Below, in pieces: positions 17,325 through 27,500 of a stretch of 64,000 nt of DNA; positions within the stretch are counted from its first letter, which is position 1; every line of letters begins with the position of its first letter. The notes below the pieces were generated by a model. It saw nothing but the letters and a program-made list of their open reading frames with translations. It was not told the DNA's origin and ran no database searches. Location of the stretch: assembly GCA_049510295.1 (NCBI GenBank), contig JBEKZC010000004.1, positions 4,224 to 68,223 of the forward strand, written 5' to 3'. The translations under genes were made by a program, and so were the position numbers. Origin of the DNA: Verrucomicrobiota bacterium. Lineage in GTDB: Bacteria; Verrucomicrobiota; Verrucomicrobiia; Limisphaerales; UBA11358.

Positions 17325-18737
17325 CTACCGTGTCAGCAGTTCACCCTTCACCACCACCGGCATCTTAAACTTTTCCACGGATTGACGCTGGATGAACGCC
17401 TTGACCTTTTCCAGTTTGGTCGGAAGTTCTGGATCATCCGGTTCCGCGAACACGCCCACGCCGTCATATTCATAGGCCAGCGTCAGCCCTAATCCGTCGG
17501 CGTAACTGTAAAGTGCCGGGTCCAGCATCAGCACCCCCTCGTAGTATTCTGAAATACAGCAGCCGGTGCGTTCACGCGGCATCGTAGCCCAGACCTTCAC
17601 CATTTCAGGAAAGAACCTCCTGAACCATCGTTCAAGTGCCCGCATGTCGGTTCTGTTTTTTTGGCCATCAGTCCGGCGTGTGTATTCTTTCCCCCCGTTC
17701 AACCATGTATTCAGGCACTCCTTCATGTCGCTCAGGTCAATGCTCAGACCAGCCTCTTTCATAATTGTGGCCCGCGGGTCAATCGTCGGATGCGTGAAAA
17801 TGTAGGTCCATCGGCCATGCTCAACCAGAAGAGCCAGCAAGTTTACTTCTCGCTTCAATTTGGCAGCCACTTCAAGGTCTTTTGGAGTCGGATGCGTGTC
17901 GGTGGTTCTGCCGTCGTATTCGGCGATGGACGACAGGAAGTAATCGCGTAGAAATTCGCCAAGGAACGTCGGGTGACATGCTCGGATGTCCAAAATCGCC
18001 ACGTATGGTTTGCCCTTGAACCGCGCCAATGGTTTGTATTCCCTCGGCAGGTTGACAAAGTTGTTGTAAATCCTGCCATCTTTGATTTCCAAATCACTGA
18101 ATTTTTTCTCCACGATGGCGGATACATGGTGAACCGCTGAACGGTATGTGCCGGGAGCCTCAACCTTGTCCTGTTCCAATCGGCTCCACACCGCATCCCT
18201 GTCAAACGTGACAGCCGTTGTGAAGGCGTTGACGATTTGCTTCTCCGGCTCCGCGTAAACCCTGTCCCTCACCTTTCGCTTGGAAATGGCCACCTGATTG
18301 CGCCGCCAAGTGGACGGGTCTTTCAATAGTTTGTAGAGCCACTGGTGGTTTCCTTCCAGCACCAGTTTCCGGCCAAGGGGGGTTATGGTGTATTTGCGGC
18401 ACTCGCCGGGAATGCCGTAATTGGGTGGTGGCCGGTAGGTGGTAAAATCTATCAGTTCAAGTTTGCGGAGCGCATTACGAAACTTTGTGTATGATTGAGA
18501 ATATGGCCGGAAACGGTCTGCGATGTCCTTGTAATCCCACGTCACCGGCTTGTCATCGTTCCGCTCCATGCCGGCATCAATGGCGGTCAGCCAATACTGC
18601 GCCGTGTTTATGGCTTTCGGCTCCGCTGCGAAAACGGGATGGGTGATGAGCAGGTCAAAGAAGTTCCGGCTAACCTTCACCCTGTTCCAAACCCTGTAGG
18701 GCGATGCGGCTGCTGTTTTGGTCGCGTCTGTGCTCAT
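17325..18737 (-). CDS. Hypothetical 470-aa protein of the integrative element (possible replication/mobilisation role, unproven)
   Basis: Long ORF with good coding look and no motif I can name. The position between resolvase and LSR, flanked by 31-bp direct repeats, suggests an element-maintenance function. Confidence 0.4.
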   Translation of the reverse strand: MSTDATKTAAASPYRVWNRVKVSRNFFDLLITHPVFAAEPKAINTAQYWLTAIDAGMERNDDKPVTWDYKDIADRFRPYSQSYTKFRNALRKLELIDFTTYRPPPNYGIPGECRKYTITPLGRKLVLEGNHQWLYKLLKDPSTWRRNQVAISKRKVRDRVYAEPEKQIVNAFTTAVTFDRDAVWSRLEQDKVEAPGTYRSAVHHVSAIVEKKFSDLEIKDGRIYNNFVNLPREYKPLARFKGKPYVAILDIRACHPTFLGEFLRDYFLSSIAEYDGRTTDTHPTPKDLEVAAKLKREVNLLALLVEHGRWTYIFTHPTIDPRATIMKEAGLSIDLSDMKECLNTWLNGGKEYTRRTDGQKNRTDMRALERWFRRFFPEMVKVWATMPRERTGCCISEYYEGVLMLDPALYSYADGLGLTLAYEYDGVGVFAEPDDPELPTKLEKVKAFIQRQSVEKFKMPVVVKGELLTR

Positions 18738-18966
18738 TCATGCTGTGCGTATAAAATTCCTCCCGGCGGGTAACGTTAAGACGCGACTCTTTTGTTCCAC
18801 AGCATTGACTGAAACCTGTTACCGCGTGCCGGGAGGGAAAATGTTTTTGTTCTGCTGTGTCATTCGCGCCATTGCCAATAAATAGGCCGTTCCACTGGCA
18901 CCAGTCAACTTTTTGCTAAAAACCACAATACCGCTTATCCTTTATTACAATATACCCTTCCCTCTC

Positions 18967-18997
18967 CCTCCATTATGCCACCGTAAAGGTAAACATC
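18967..18997 (+). repeat. 31-bp direct repeat, copy 2
   Basis: Identical to 17056..17086. Confidence 0.8.
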
Positions 18998-19065
18998 CCG
19001 GTGGAACATCCGGCTTCGGGTCGGTCAGGATTGACGCTGGGCTTGGTTTTCATACATTGTGCCGC

Positions 19066-19407
19066 ATGAGCGATAACGTCACGATGGACAATTTCTTGGA
19101 GCCGCTAACCCCGGAGCAAAAAGCGCGGCAGAATGCAATGGCGGAAATCAAAGAAGAGATGGGCAAACTAAAAACGACTCTGCGGAATGAAGTGCGGGTG
19201 CTGAAGAAGAAAAGAGGGGATGAGCTTATTCCGAGCAAACAAGCCATTTTGAACGAGCAGATTGCGAAAAAGCAGAAGGACTTTGATGATGTTGGCTGCC
19301 TGCTATACAGCACGACAACAACCGCCGCTAAAGAGCGTCAGGACTACTTCAAGCGGCTTATCAAATGGGATGAAATCATGCGGAAACACGGCGTGCCGGG
19401 ATATTAG
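19066..19407 (+). CDS. Hypothetical small protein (113 aa)
   Basis: Internal ATG at 19066 of ORF 18913..19407 (MSDNVTMDNFLEPLTPEQKARQ..). Charged and helical. Confidence 0.4.
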   Translation: MSDNVTMDNFLEPLTPEQKARQNAMAEIKEEMGKLKTTLRNEVRVLKKKRGDELIPSKQAILNEQIAKKQKDFDDVGCLLYSTTTTAAKERQDYFKRLIKWDEIMRKHGVPGY

Positions 19408-19435
19408 TCAGACCACAAACTGCTGGCGCAGTAAG

Positions 19436-19467
19436 AACCCCCGGCGTCCATCCCACCGGGGGTTTTG
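19436..19467. terminator. Bidirectional rho-independent terminator-like hairpin
   Basis: cccccgg (19438-19444) pairs with ccggggg (19456-19462) and is followed by tttt. It lies between convergent genes. Confidence 0.55.
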
Positions 19468-19481
19468 TTCGGGTAAGGGGA

Positions 19482-19940
19482 TTAAGCTGCCTTCAAGGAA
19501 AACTTCCCGTCGTTGACGCTGAATACCGCTTTCGCGCCGATGGACTTTTTCTTGAGCGTGTTCCGCACCTTCCAAGGCGTGAACACGTCACCCACGGTGG
19601 CGACGATTTCATCGGCGGTCATGGGCGAGCCGTGTGCCGTGATGACTTCCGCAATCTTGGTTTCCGCCTTGGGCTTCATCGGTTCCGGTTTCCAGTTTCC
19701 ATCGAGACTCCTTATTTCCGTCTCCATGGCGGCGAGTTCATTGCGAAGTTCTGCGTAACGGATTTTCAGTGGTTCGGCCAAACCGACCCGTTGCTGTTGC
19801 AGTTCCGCGATCTTGGTGTTGATGTCGGCCAAAGCCGATTGTGCGTTTTTGGTTCCAGCACCAGTTTTCTTGATGTCGTTTTTCATATTCGTATTTTGGT
19901 TTTTTGATGCCGGGTCATCCGGCAACTGGATCGCTGACAC
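19482..19940 (-). CDS. Hypothetical coiled-coil protein
   Basis: 152-aa ORF; the start could be the internal Met near 19886. Central heptad-like region (IAELQQQRVGLAEPLKIRYAELRNELAAMETEIRSL). Confidence 0.4.
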   Translation of the reverse strand: MSAIQLPDDPASKNQNTNMKNDIKKTGAGTKNAQSALADINTKIAELQQQRVGLAEPLKIRYAELRNELAAMETEIRSLDGNWKPEPMKPKAETKIAEVITAHGSPMTADEIVATVGDVFTPWKVRNTLKKKSIGAKAVFSVNDGKFSLKAA

Positions 19941-20007
19941 GGGGGCGCAAAACTGGCAAGCGACGGGATAGATTTTTTGCGCCGTGATGGCGTGAGGCTG
20001 AACCGAC

Positions 20008-21747
20008 TCAAATTCCCTTCGTCTTCCCCTTGTGATAATCCGGCATGTAAATCCCTGAAAATTGTTTGCCGAGCTTCCCTTTGAATTTCACTGGCACCGC
20101 CTTCATGGAAGGAGGCCCGCCATACTTTGGGTGAGACATGACGACGCGATGATTCGGGTCGTTCTTGAAATAGACATGATACATTCGTTCCCGGCGCTGG
20201 ACTTCTGACGTAAGCGACCACCCGGTTTTGGTCAATTCCCGCCTTTCCTTCCAACCAATTGAACCCGGTGGCGGCGGTTTGATTATGTCGTATGGCCAGA
20301 CCAAAATCTTTTCAATACACCCGCGAATTGCTTCCCGAAGGGCGAGCCGCATTTCGTTTGCCTTTGGGCCGGTGGTTTTTTGGGCCGTGGCAATCAAAGT
20401 CTTCAAGTCTTCTAATTTCTGTATCGGTTTGGATTCCTCGGCCTCTTTTGCGATTAGTTCTCCCAGAGATTTTTCCTCGGCGGTTTTTTCTGTCGTGATT
20501 TTTTCCATCATGCTGACGAGCATTGGAAGCGGTTTTTTGGCCAAAGCGACTGCTTCACCGAGATTGTTGAGCTTCATTTCCCTTTCTGCGATAGAGGCTC
20601 TTAACTGCTCAATGGCCTCAGCGGTTTGACTTCCGTTTCCCGACGGCTGCATCACGGCCTTCAAGTCCAACTCCTTTACGAATGTGAGGAAAGAGGTTTC
20701 AAATTCGTGGTATGGATAGGACACGTAACGACACTTCAATCCCCGGCGCGCACCGTCACACACTAACTCGTGGTAACGCGGGTCTTTTGATACGGACACC
20801 ATCGTTCCGCCGCAGAATCCGCACTTTGCAATATGAGAGAACAAATTGTGTAACATATTTCCGCGCCTGCCAGAACCCGCAACACGTCTTTGTTTTTGAC
20901 GATACTGGACGGTGCTGAACAACTCGTCGGATATAATTCTTGGGTAGTAGCCTTTGATTGGTTCTCCCTCCGGTTCGCGTTTGTTTCTGGTGACGTATTT
21001 ACAAGGTTGGAATTCTCCCAGCACTGCCCGGTTGGTCAAAATACGCGCTACGACGCTGGCGTGCCATGAGTTTACCCTGCCAATTCCCGGTTCGCCATCT
21101 GCGTTCAAAAGCTTGGCGATTGAGCCGTTCCCCATGCCGCTCTTGCTCAATTCAAAAATGTGCCGCACCGTTTTTACGCGTTCTCGGATTTCTTCAAATT
21201 TCCCCTTGTCACGATTCAGCCGCAGCCATGACGGGCAAACGGCTGTTAGCGGTTCAGCAGCGGCATTCTTCCGCTTGTTGTTCCACGCTGCTCGTATCCG
21301 TTTCCCCTTTTGGACTGACTCGTCGTAAGCCCGATGGAAATACAGGATGGAGAGCATCAAATCTGCCGGGTTATTGAGGCTGTCTTTCGTGAACCGTTTT
21401 CCGTCGGTCAAAGTTACAATGTCAATACCCTTGCGGAGAATGCGCTTAAACAATTCCGTCGCATCGTCAATCTGTCCGCGACTGAGCCGGTCTAAATTTT
21501 CTACAATAAGGCAGCTCCCCTTTTGGACTTTCCCCTCATCTATGGCCCGCAAAAATGCTCCAAGCCTGCCTCTGTGGATGTTGTCACCCGTGTATGCTGA
21601 CACTCCCAAGTCGCGGAAGCTCAAACTTTCATCAAGCGCAAGACCGTTTTTCGAGCAGTATTCCCGTGTGGACTCCAATTGACGCCGGAGAGAATCACCC
21701 TGAATTTGTTCTGGACGGGAAAACCGGATGTAACTATACGCTTTCAT
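20008..21747 (-). CDS. Large serine recombinase (integrase of insertion 1)
   Basis: ATG at 21747 (or 21768): [23 protein letters not shown].. (resolvase domain), ..[12 protein letters not shown].., a recombinase domain, a zinc ribbon ([18 protein letters not shown]) and a coiled coil. The track ORF extends to 22599 only as antisense read-through of comM. Confidence 0.85.
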   Translation of the reverse strand: MKAYSYIRFSRPEQIQGDSLRRQLESTREYCSKNGLALDESLSFRDLGVSAYTGDNIHRGRLGAFLRAIDEGKVQKGSCLIVENLDRLSRGQIDDATELFKRILRKGIDIVTLTDGKRFTKDSLNNPADLMLSILYFHRAYDESVQKGKRIRAAWNNKRKNAAAEPLTAVCPSWLRLNRDKGKFEEIRERVKTVRHIFELSKSGMGNGSIAKLLNADGEPGIGRVNSWHASVVARILTNRAVLGEFQPCKYVTRNKREPEGEPIKGYYPRIISDELFSTVQYRQKQRRVAGSGRRGNMLHNLFSHIAKCGFCGGTMVSVSKDPRYHELVCDGARRGLKCRYVSYPYHEFETSFLTFVKELDLKAVMQPSGNGSQTAEAIEQLRASIAEREMKLNNLGEAVALAKKPLPMLVSMMEKITTEKTAEEKSLGELIAKEAEESKPIQKLEDLKTLIATAQKTTGPKANEMRLALREAIRGCIEKILVWPYDIIKPPPPGSIGWKERRELTKTGWSLTSEVQRRERMYHVYFKNDPNHRVVMSHPKYGGPPSMKAVPVKFKGKLGKQFSGIYMPDYHKGKTKGI

Positions 21748-21788
21748 GTGACGAATAGGGTATTGCATGAAATAGGTTATTTCAACCC

Positions 21789-21796
21789 AATAATTG
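21789..21796. repeat. attR core AATAATTG of insertion 1
   Basis: Identical to 11353..11360. The comM frame resumes in phase (..[19 protein letters not shown]). Confidence 0.65.
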
Positions 21797-22757
21797 TCAT
21801 TGTCGGCCTGCCGGATGCCGCGGTGAAGGAATCGCGCGACCGCGTTTCGACCGCGCTCACCAATTCCGGTTTCAAATTTCCGATGGGGCGCACGACCATC
21901 AACCTCGCGCCCGCCGACGTGAAAAAGGAAGGGCCGAGCTTCGACCTGCCCATCGCGCTGGGCATGCTCGCCGCCGGGGAACAAATCGAAACCGACCAGC
22001 TCGACAATTTTGTCATCGTGGGGGAACTCGCGCTCACCGGCGCGGTGCGTCCGTGCAAGGGCGTTTTGCCCGTCGCCCTGCGCGCGCGCGCCGACGGCAG
22101 GGTCGGCGTGCTTGTTCCGGCGGAAAACGCCGCCGAAGCTGCCGTCGTGGAAGGGCTGCAGGTCATCCCCGTTCAAAATCTGCGTGAAGCCGCGGGCTTT
22201 CTCGAAGGTGAAATAAAAATTGCGCCGGCGAAGGTGGACATTGCCAAAATCTTCGATCAAGCGCACGACGACGACCTGGACTTTGCCGAGGTCAAAGGAC
22301 AGGAAAACGTGAAACGCGCATTGGAAATCGCCGCCGCCGGCGGACACAACGCGCTGCTCATTGGTCCGCCCGGCACCGGCAAATCCATGTTGGCCAAACG
22401 GCTGCCGACGATTCTGCCGCCCTTGACCCTGGACGAGGCGCTCGAAACGACGAAGATTCACAGCATCGTCGGATTGCTGGCCCCGGGCCAGGCGCTGGTG
22501 ACGCGGCGGCCGTTTCGCACGCCGCACCACACCGCGAGCGACGCCGGTTTGCTCGGCGGCAACATCAACCCGACGCCGGGCGAAATTTCGCTGGCGCACA
22601 ACGGCGTTTTGTTTCTGGACGAACTGCCGGAATTCAAACGCAGCGTGCTGGAAACCATGCGCCAGCCGCTGGAAGACGGACGCGTGACCATTTCACGCGC
22701 GGCGGGCACGATGACGTTTCCCTCGCAATTCATGCTCGTCGCGGCGATGAACCCGAC
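21797..22757 (+). pseudogene. comM: comM/yifB fragment 2 (central AAA+ part)
   Basis: ..[78 protein letters not shown], then read-through into foreign DNA. Confidence 0.85.
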
Positions 22758-23102
22758 GCACTTTGAGGGGGTCAGGTGCATGAATTTGCGATTGCAACTT
22801 CAATTGCCAGAGGTATTTGCATATCATCGGAAGGGAATACCCGCCAGATGGTTCAATGGCCGCCTCGGAAAGCGTTTTGCTTGATCATTATGGTGCGGTT
22901 AGCACAATTATCGGCCGAGTGACAAGCTTTGCTTTTCGTTTATGTAAATATCTACTTGACAAACAAGCGCCGGCGTGCAAACTAAGACTCATCATTCTAT
23001 GAATGAATTGGCTGATAACAAATGCTGGGTATAAGCTGTGAGCACGCTCCAGACTGGCATGCAAAAGATTGGGTTTCGAATTGATGTCGAAATAACACAC
23101 AT

Positions 23103-24407
23103 ATGAACGCTTCTGGCAAATCGCGTTTTGGTAGGAAGCTGCAAAAAGCACGGGAACGAATCGGCTGGTCTCAAAAAGTGCTTGCAGACAAAGTCGGTGT
23201 ATCACGCGTGACATTGGCGAGTTGGGAGGCCGGCAACTCTGCCCCCGATGGCGCGATGGCCTTGAAGTTGGCCAAGCAGCTGGACTCCGATGCCATCGAA
23301 TTCTTCCTTTTGGCGACATACCAGAAGGCAGCCACTACGGATTCGCTGTCAGCGGAGCTTGAGACGTTCGTTTTTGAACTCCTTGAAGAAAAGGGAATGT
23401 TGGCAGCACGTCACGGGGGATTACATAAACCTACCAGTCATTTGAGTCTGGTGGATTCGCTTCGGGCGTACTCTCCTATGGTGATTATCACGGGTGACAA
23501 GAGAGAGGATCCCCCAAAGAACGCGGGCGATCTTTTTGCCTTCTCAAACAGTTCGCTCGACGAGCGTTGGATTTGTTCACTTCGTTTACCCCCGGACACC
23601 GAAAAGATTTCAGACAAAGTTGTAATGACCGCTCCGGAAAAGTGGTTACGAGAAAACCTAGGCAATAAGCACATACTGTGCGTCGGATCGGGTGCGGCAA
23701 ACCTTTACGCGAGAGAATTCAACGATTCATTTCTCTTCCGCTTTAACATTACTCGCGCGAGCAAAGCCAGCTGGGAGGAGAATCGTGACAAAATCAAGAA
23801 GATGCCCCAATACGAACTCGTTGACTACGCTCAAAAGCAGAGGGATAGGCTGAAATACGAAATGCACCGGTTTAAGCCACCAGGCTTTGTTGACTACAAC
23901 TACGAATATCTTACGCTGGGAGTTGATCTACCTCAAGACATGGACTTCGGAGTCATCAGCTTAGGGCGAAATCCTTGGGCTGCAAAGAGTGATCCGAAAT
24001 TTGCGATTCTCGCTGCAGGGGTTCACCTCCCAGGAACAGCACATGCGGTAAAGTTTCTGTCTGACCCGACGAATTTTGAAGAACATCCATTCGGTGGCGT
24101 TATAGATGTTGAAGTCCCGGCTGTGGAGCACCGCGGAGCGGATATCCCCTGGTACGAGAAAATTGGCAAGTGTAAAGCATATTGGCATAGTGCGGGGAGC
24201 AAGCCATTGACGTACACGCCAGAGAAACTTCGTAAGAGCCTGCAGAATTGGCTCAAGCAACTTGAAAAGGGGCAGCTCGAAGTGGATGTAGCCCTCAATA
24301 AGGCGGAGATTGAACGGCACATCGACACGATTGATATGTTGGCGTATGCGAAGGTTCAACAACAAAAACTCAGTGCGGCAAATGGAGTTGAAGAGGAAAG
24401 TGGCTAG
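23103..24407 (+). CDS. XRE-type HTH fused to an uncharacterised ~350-aa C-terminal domain
   Basis: 434 aa. N-terminus RKLQKARERIGWSQKVLADKVGVSRVTLASWEAGNSAPD; I cannot assign the rest (..ILCVGSGAANLYAREFN.., ..FAILAAGVHLPGTAHAVKFL..) to a family. Confidence 0.6.
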   Translation: MNASGKSRFGRKLQKARERIGWSQKVLADKVGVSRVTLASWEAGNSAPDGAMALKLAKQLDSDAIEFFLLATYQKAATTDSLSAELETFVFELLEEKGMLAARHGGLHKPTSHLSLVDSLRAYSPMVIITGDKREDPPKNAGDLFAFSNSSLDERWICSLRLPPDTEKISDKVVMTAPEKWLRENLGNKHILCVGSGAANLYAREFNDSFLFRFNITRASKASWEENRDKIKKMPQYELVDYAQKQRDRLKYEMHRFKPPGFVDYNYEYLTLGVDLPQDMDFGVISLGRNPWAAKSDPKFAILAAGVHLPGTAHAVKFLSDPTNFEEHPFGGVIDVEVPAVEHRGADIPWYEKIGKCKAYWHSAGSKPLTYTPEKLRKSLQNWLKQLEKGQLEVDVALNKAEIERHIDTIDMLAYAKVQQQKLSAANGVEEESG

Positions 24408-24562
24408 AAGCGCACTTATGCTAGTTATCGAGTGGCGGCGCTTGCCTTTCGGCTTCTTCAAGCACGCGCATAAAACTGGCTTTAGGGCATTATCAGGCTT
24501 TACTACCTTGATAATGAACTATTATTCGAGATATGACCCAGTTGAACAAAGGATAGACTACA

Positions 24563-27500
24563 ATGGCTACTAAAATGACCTGCCCAGTTAACAAGGAAAC
24601 GGTGCGTGCAGCTAAAGAGGCAGTCCGGTTAGTCGGGTTCGGACTTGGAAATCTGATGTATCGCATCTACAGGGGCGAAATCCACAAATCAGACTGGAAC
24701 GCCACGGATCGAGAAAACGCCAAGGGTACGGACGTGTTTCTTCTTGGCGGTTCCATCTGCACGAACGGCTACACGCAGCAACTGTTGCCACTTATTGCGC
24801 AAAGGCAGCTTTTGTCAATCGACCCAGACTTTGCAGGCAAAGTGCGCATTTTCACGCCGTATATGGAGTCTGGTCATGCAGGAGCTTTTGGCGCCTACTT
24901 TATGGCACTCACTGAGCACGTGAGGAAGGAATTGCGATCTAAGGCGGAAGATATTTACGCTAGGAACAAGGTACCTATTCTGCCGCTCATCGATATTGGT
25001 GGCACCAAGGTCAACTTGGTGCTTGCGTACTTGGATCAGGAGGGGGAGCTCACCTTAGACATTCTTGAAAGTCACAGATATGTGACCCCAATTAGTGAGC
25101 CAGAGGTTTTTTATCCTCGCTTAGCATCACTTCTGGCCGCACCACTGGCTGCAATCCGGTCGAATGACCTTTTTGAACTCATTCCCGTGCTTGCGGTTGG
25201 GCAACCCGGCCGCTTCGAAGATCCGAAAGGCGAGATAGGCATTGGCACTGCCAAGGATCTTGGGCCGAAGTTTCCTGGTTGTGTTCCATCTAAGCTTCTT
25301 GCCAGGTCGTTGCAACCAGACTTTGGCGATATCGATGTTTATTGCGCGAATGATGGGCGCTGCCAGTTTCTCGGGATTGGCGTTCTAGGCCGTAAAAGCG
25401 AACTTCAGAGATGGAAGGATCTCCACGATCACAAAGTCGCTTACCTAGGCCTAGGAACTGGTTTGGGAGCCGGATTTGGAAAGATCGACAAAGATGGTTA
25501 CGTAAAGCCGTTCTCGATGCACAACGCATTTGATATTCTTGCCGACAAAAAACTTGAGGAACTTCCGGCCTCCGAGCACGTGGCCAAGCCAGTTCTCTCA
25601 ATGCCCTATCAGTACGGCGACTTGCTATCCGGGAAGTTTTTCAGAAAATTCATGCGCGACGTTGATCTCACGCGATTTGACAATGGCCAACCGACGTTGT
25701 TTCTGGCCTGTTCCAGTGCGGGGTGTTTAATTGGACAGCGGACACAGGAGCGAGCGCTACTCGCGGCAGACGTGAGAATCTCCCCGCTTAATGCAGTCCT
25801 CCTGAACGAAATACTCGCCGAGGAAGTCGTAACTGCCAAAACCGAAGAGATCGTCGAGCGGTCACGACAAGAACTGGAGAGGGAGCTTTATCGTACACTG
25901 GATATCATGGCCGATGAACTTGGCAAGACGCTCCGAGACAACGTTCGCGGATGCGCTTACGCGGACGTAATCGAACAAGTCGCCTGCGTGAAGCGCCGCG
26001 GTCGTCGCGTACAATTTATTGGTATTGGCAAATCCCACTCGATCGGCAGGGATCTGGCTTACATTTACAACAATCTTGGCATTGACAGCGCGTCTTGTGA
26101 ACTGACAGGTGCGAATTCAGAGAATCTGACGAATCTTCACGAGGATGATCTCGTCTTTCTGATTTCAAATAGTGGCCATGCTGCCGAATTGCTCCAGCTC
26201 GTTCCCTATATTCACCGCAAGCGTTGCTTGACTGTTGCACTTACGGGGGATAAGACGTCACCACTCGCTGATTGGTGCTCGTATTTCGTCAACACTCACG
26301 TGAATGTGAATCCGCATCCTATACCGGAAGCGCCGACTACGAGCACGATGTCTGCACTCGCTGCCGGCACAGCGATTGGAATGGTGGTCTCATATCTGTT
26401 TGATTACGATGCTAACGACTTCTTTCTCGACCACCCCAACCTCCAGTTTAACGTGGAATTTCCCGTGTCTGGAGTGCGAGCCGACGCCGCGTTCGACAGG
26501 CTCACGAAGGTGGAAGACATCTTTCAGCGGTTTGCCGCTTCGATTGGAGGTTTGCGCGACGATCATGAGTTTGTGCCAACGATGATCTCGTTGACACAAC
26601 GAATCCTCGCGTCGCACTACAACGGGCGGACGATATTCTTTACTGGCGCAGGTGCATCGTTACGGGTTGCCGAGAAGATTGCTGCGACGCTCACCAGCAT
26701 CGGTATCGATGCTTCCGCTGTTAATTCAGCGCAATTACCGCATGGTGATTTTGCCCACATTCGACATGGTGATTTGCTGGTCATCATCTCGTTCAGCGGT
26801 GAGACGCGGCAACTTCTCCACATTCATGAGGTCGCCCAGGACAAAAAAGTTGACTGCGTAGTAATCACAGCCAAGAGGAATTCGTCGCTCGCGCGTAAGT
26901 CTCCGCCGGGCCTCTGCTTGATAGCCGGAGAGGGGGCCGATGATACCGACCTCTGTGCAATCCCTGATCAAAAATTGCTCTCGTCTTTCATCAACTTAAC
27001 GGTTGGTGATGCTCTGGCCGTGATTCTTGGCCAAGTCTTGGGGCGAACTACTCAGGATTTCATGTATGAAGGCCATCGGGGAGGTGTGGCCGCGCGCGCG
27101 CAAGCGCGTTTGGACGACAAACTGCTGAGCGAACTTGGAGAAGATCTTGCCCACCAGATTGCATCCAATCCCGAAAAGCTTGCGGAAATCAACAATCCGC
27201 CAGCCGGCAAAGTTGCTATTCCAGTGACCGGGGAGCACCTGATTTCATATGACCGGCGCAGTTCTGGGCCGTCTGTTGGTTCAGAGGTCATGATTTTCGG
27301 TATGGGTGGAATTGGCCTTGCTTATCTAGCGCCCATCTTCAGCAAACTTGGAAAGAAGATTTTGTTCGTCGAAAAGGACCGTGAACGAATTCGCACAATG
27401 CAACAAGTTGGATTTCGATATGATGTGCGTTGTGTTGGCGACTGTGAAGAATGTATGGCCAACATTGCAATAGGTCGTGTGTCGGTCATTTCGAGCGAGG

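Larger units (their letters stand above)
11361..21796. mobile_element. Integrative element (10,436 bp) with a large serine recombinase, inserted in comM
   Basis: It is bounded by direct AATAATTG cores inside comM. The LSR gene start lies about 40 nt from the right end. Composition is visibly AT-richer than the flanks. It carries recombinase, resolvase, XRE and Nuc genes. Confidence 0.8.

Noticed and set aside
21748-22599. N-terminal 284 codons of track ORF 20008..22599 (making an 863-aa recombinase)
   Set aside because: This part crosses the attR junction and is antisense to the comM AAA+ region. Serine-recombinase homology begins at [10 protein letters not shown] (ATG at 21747).
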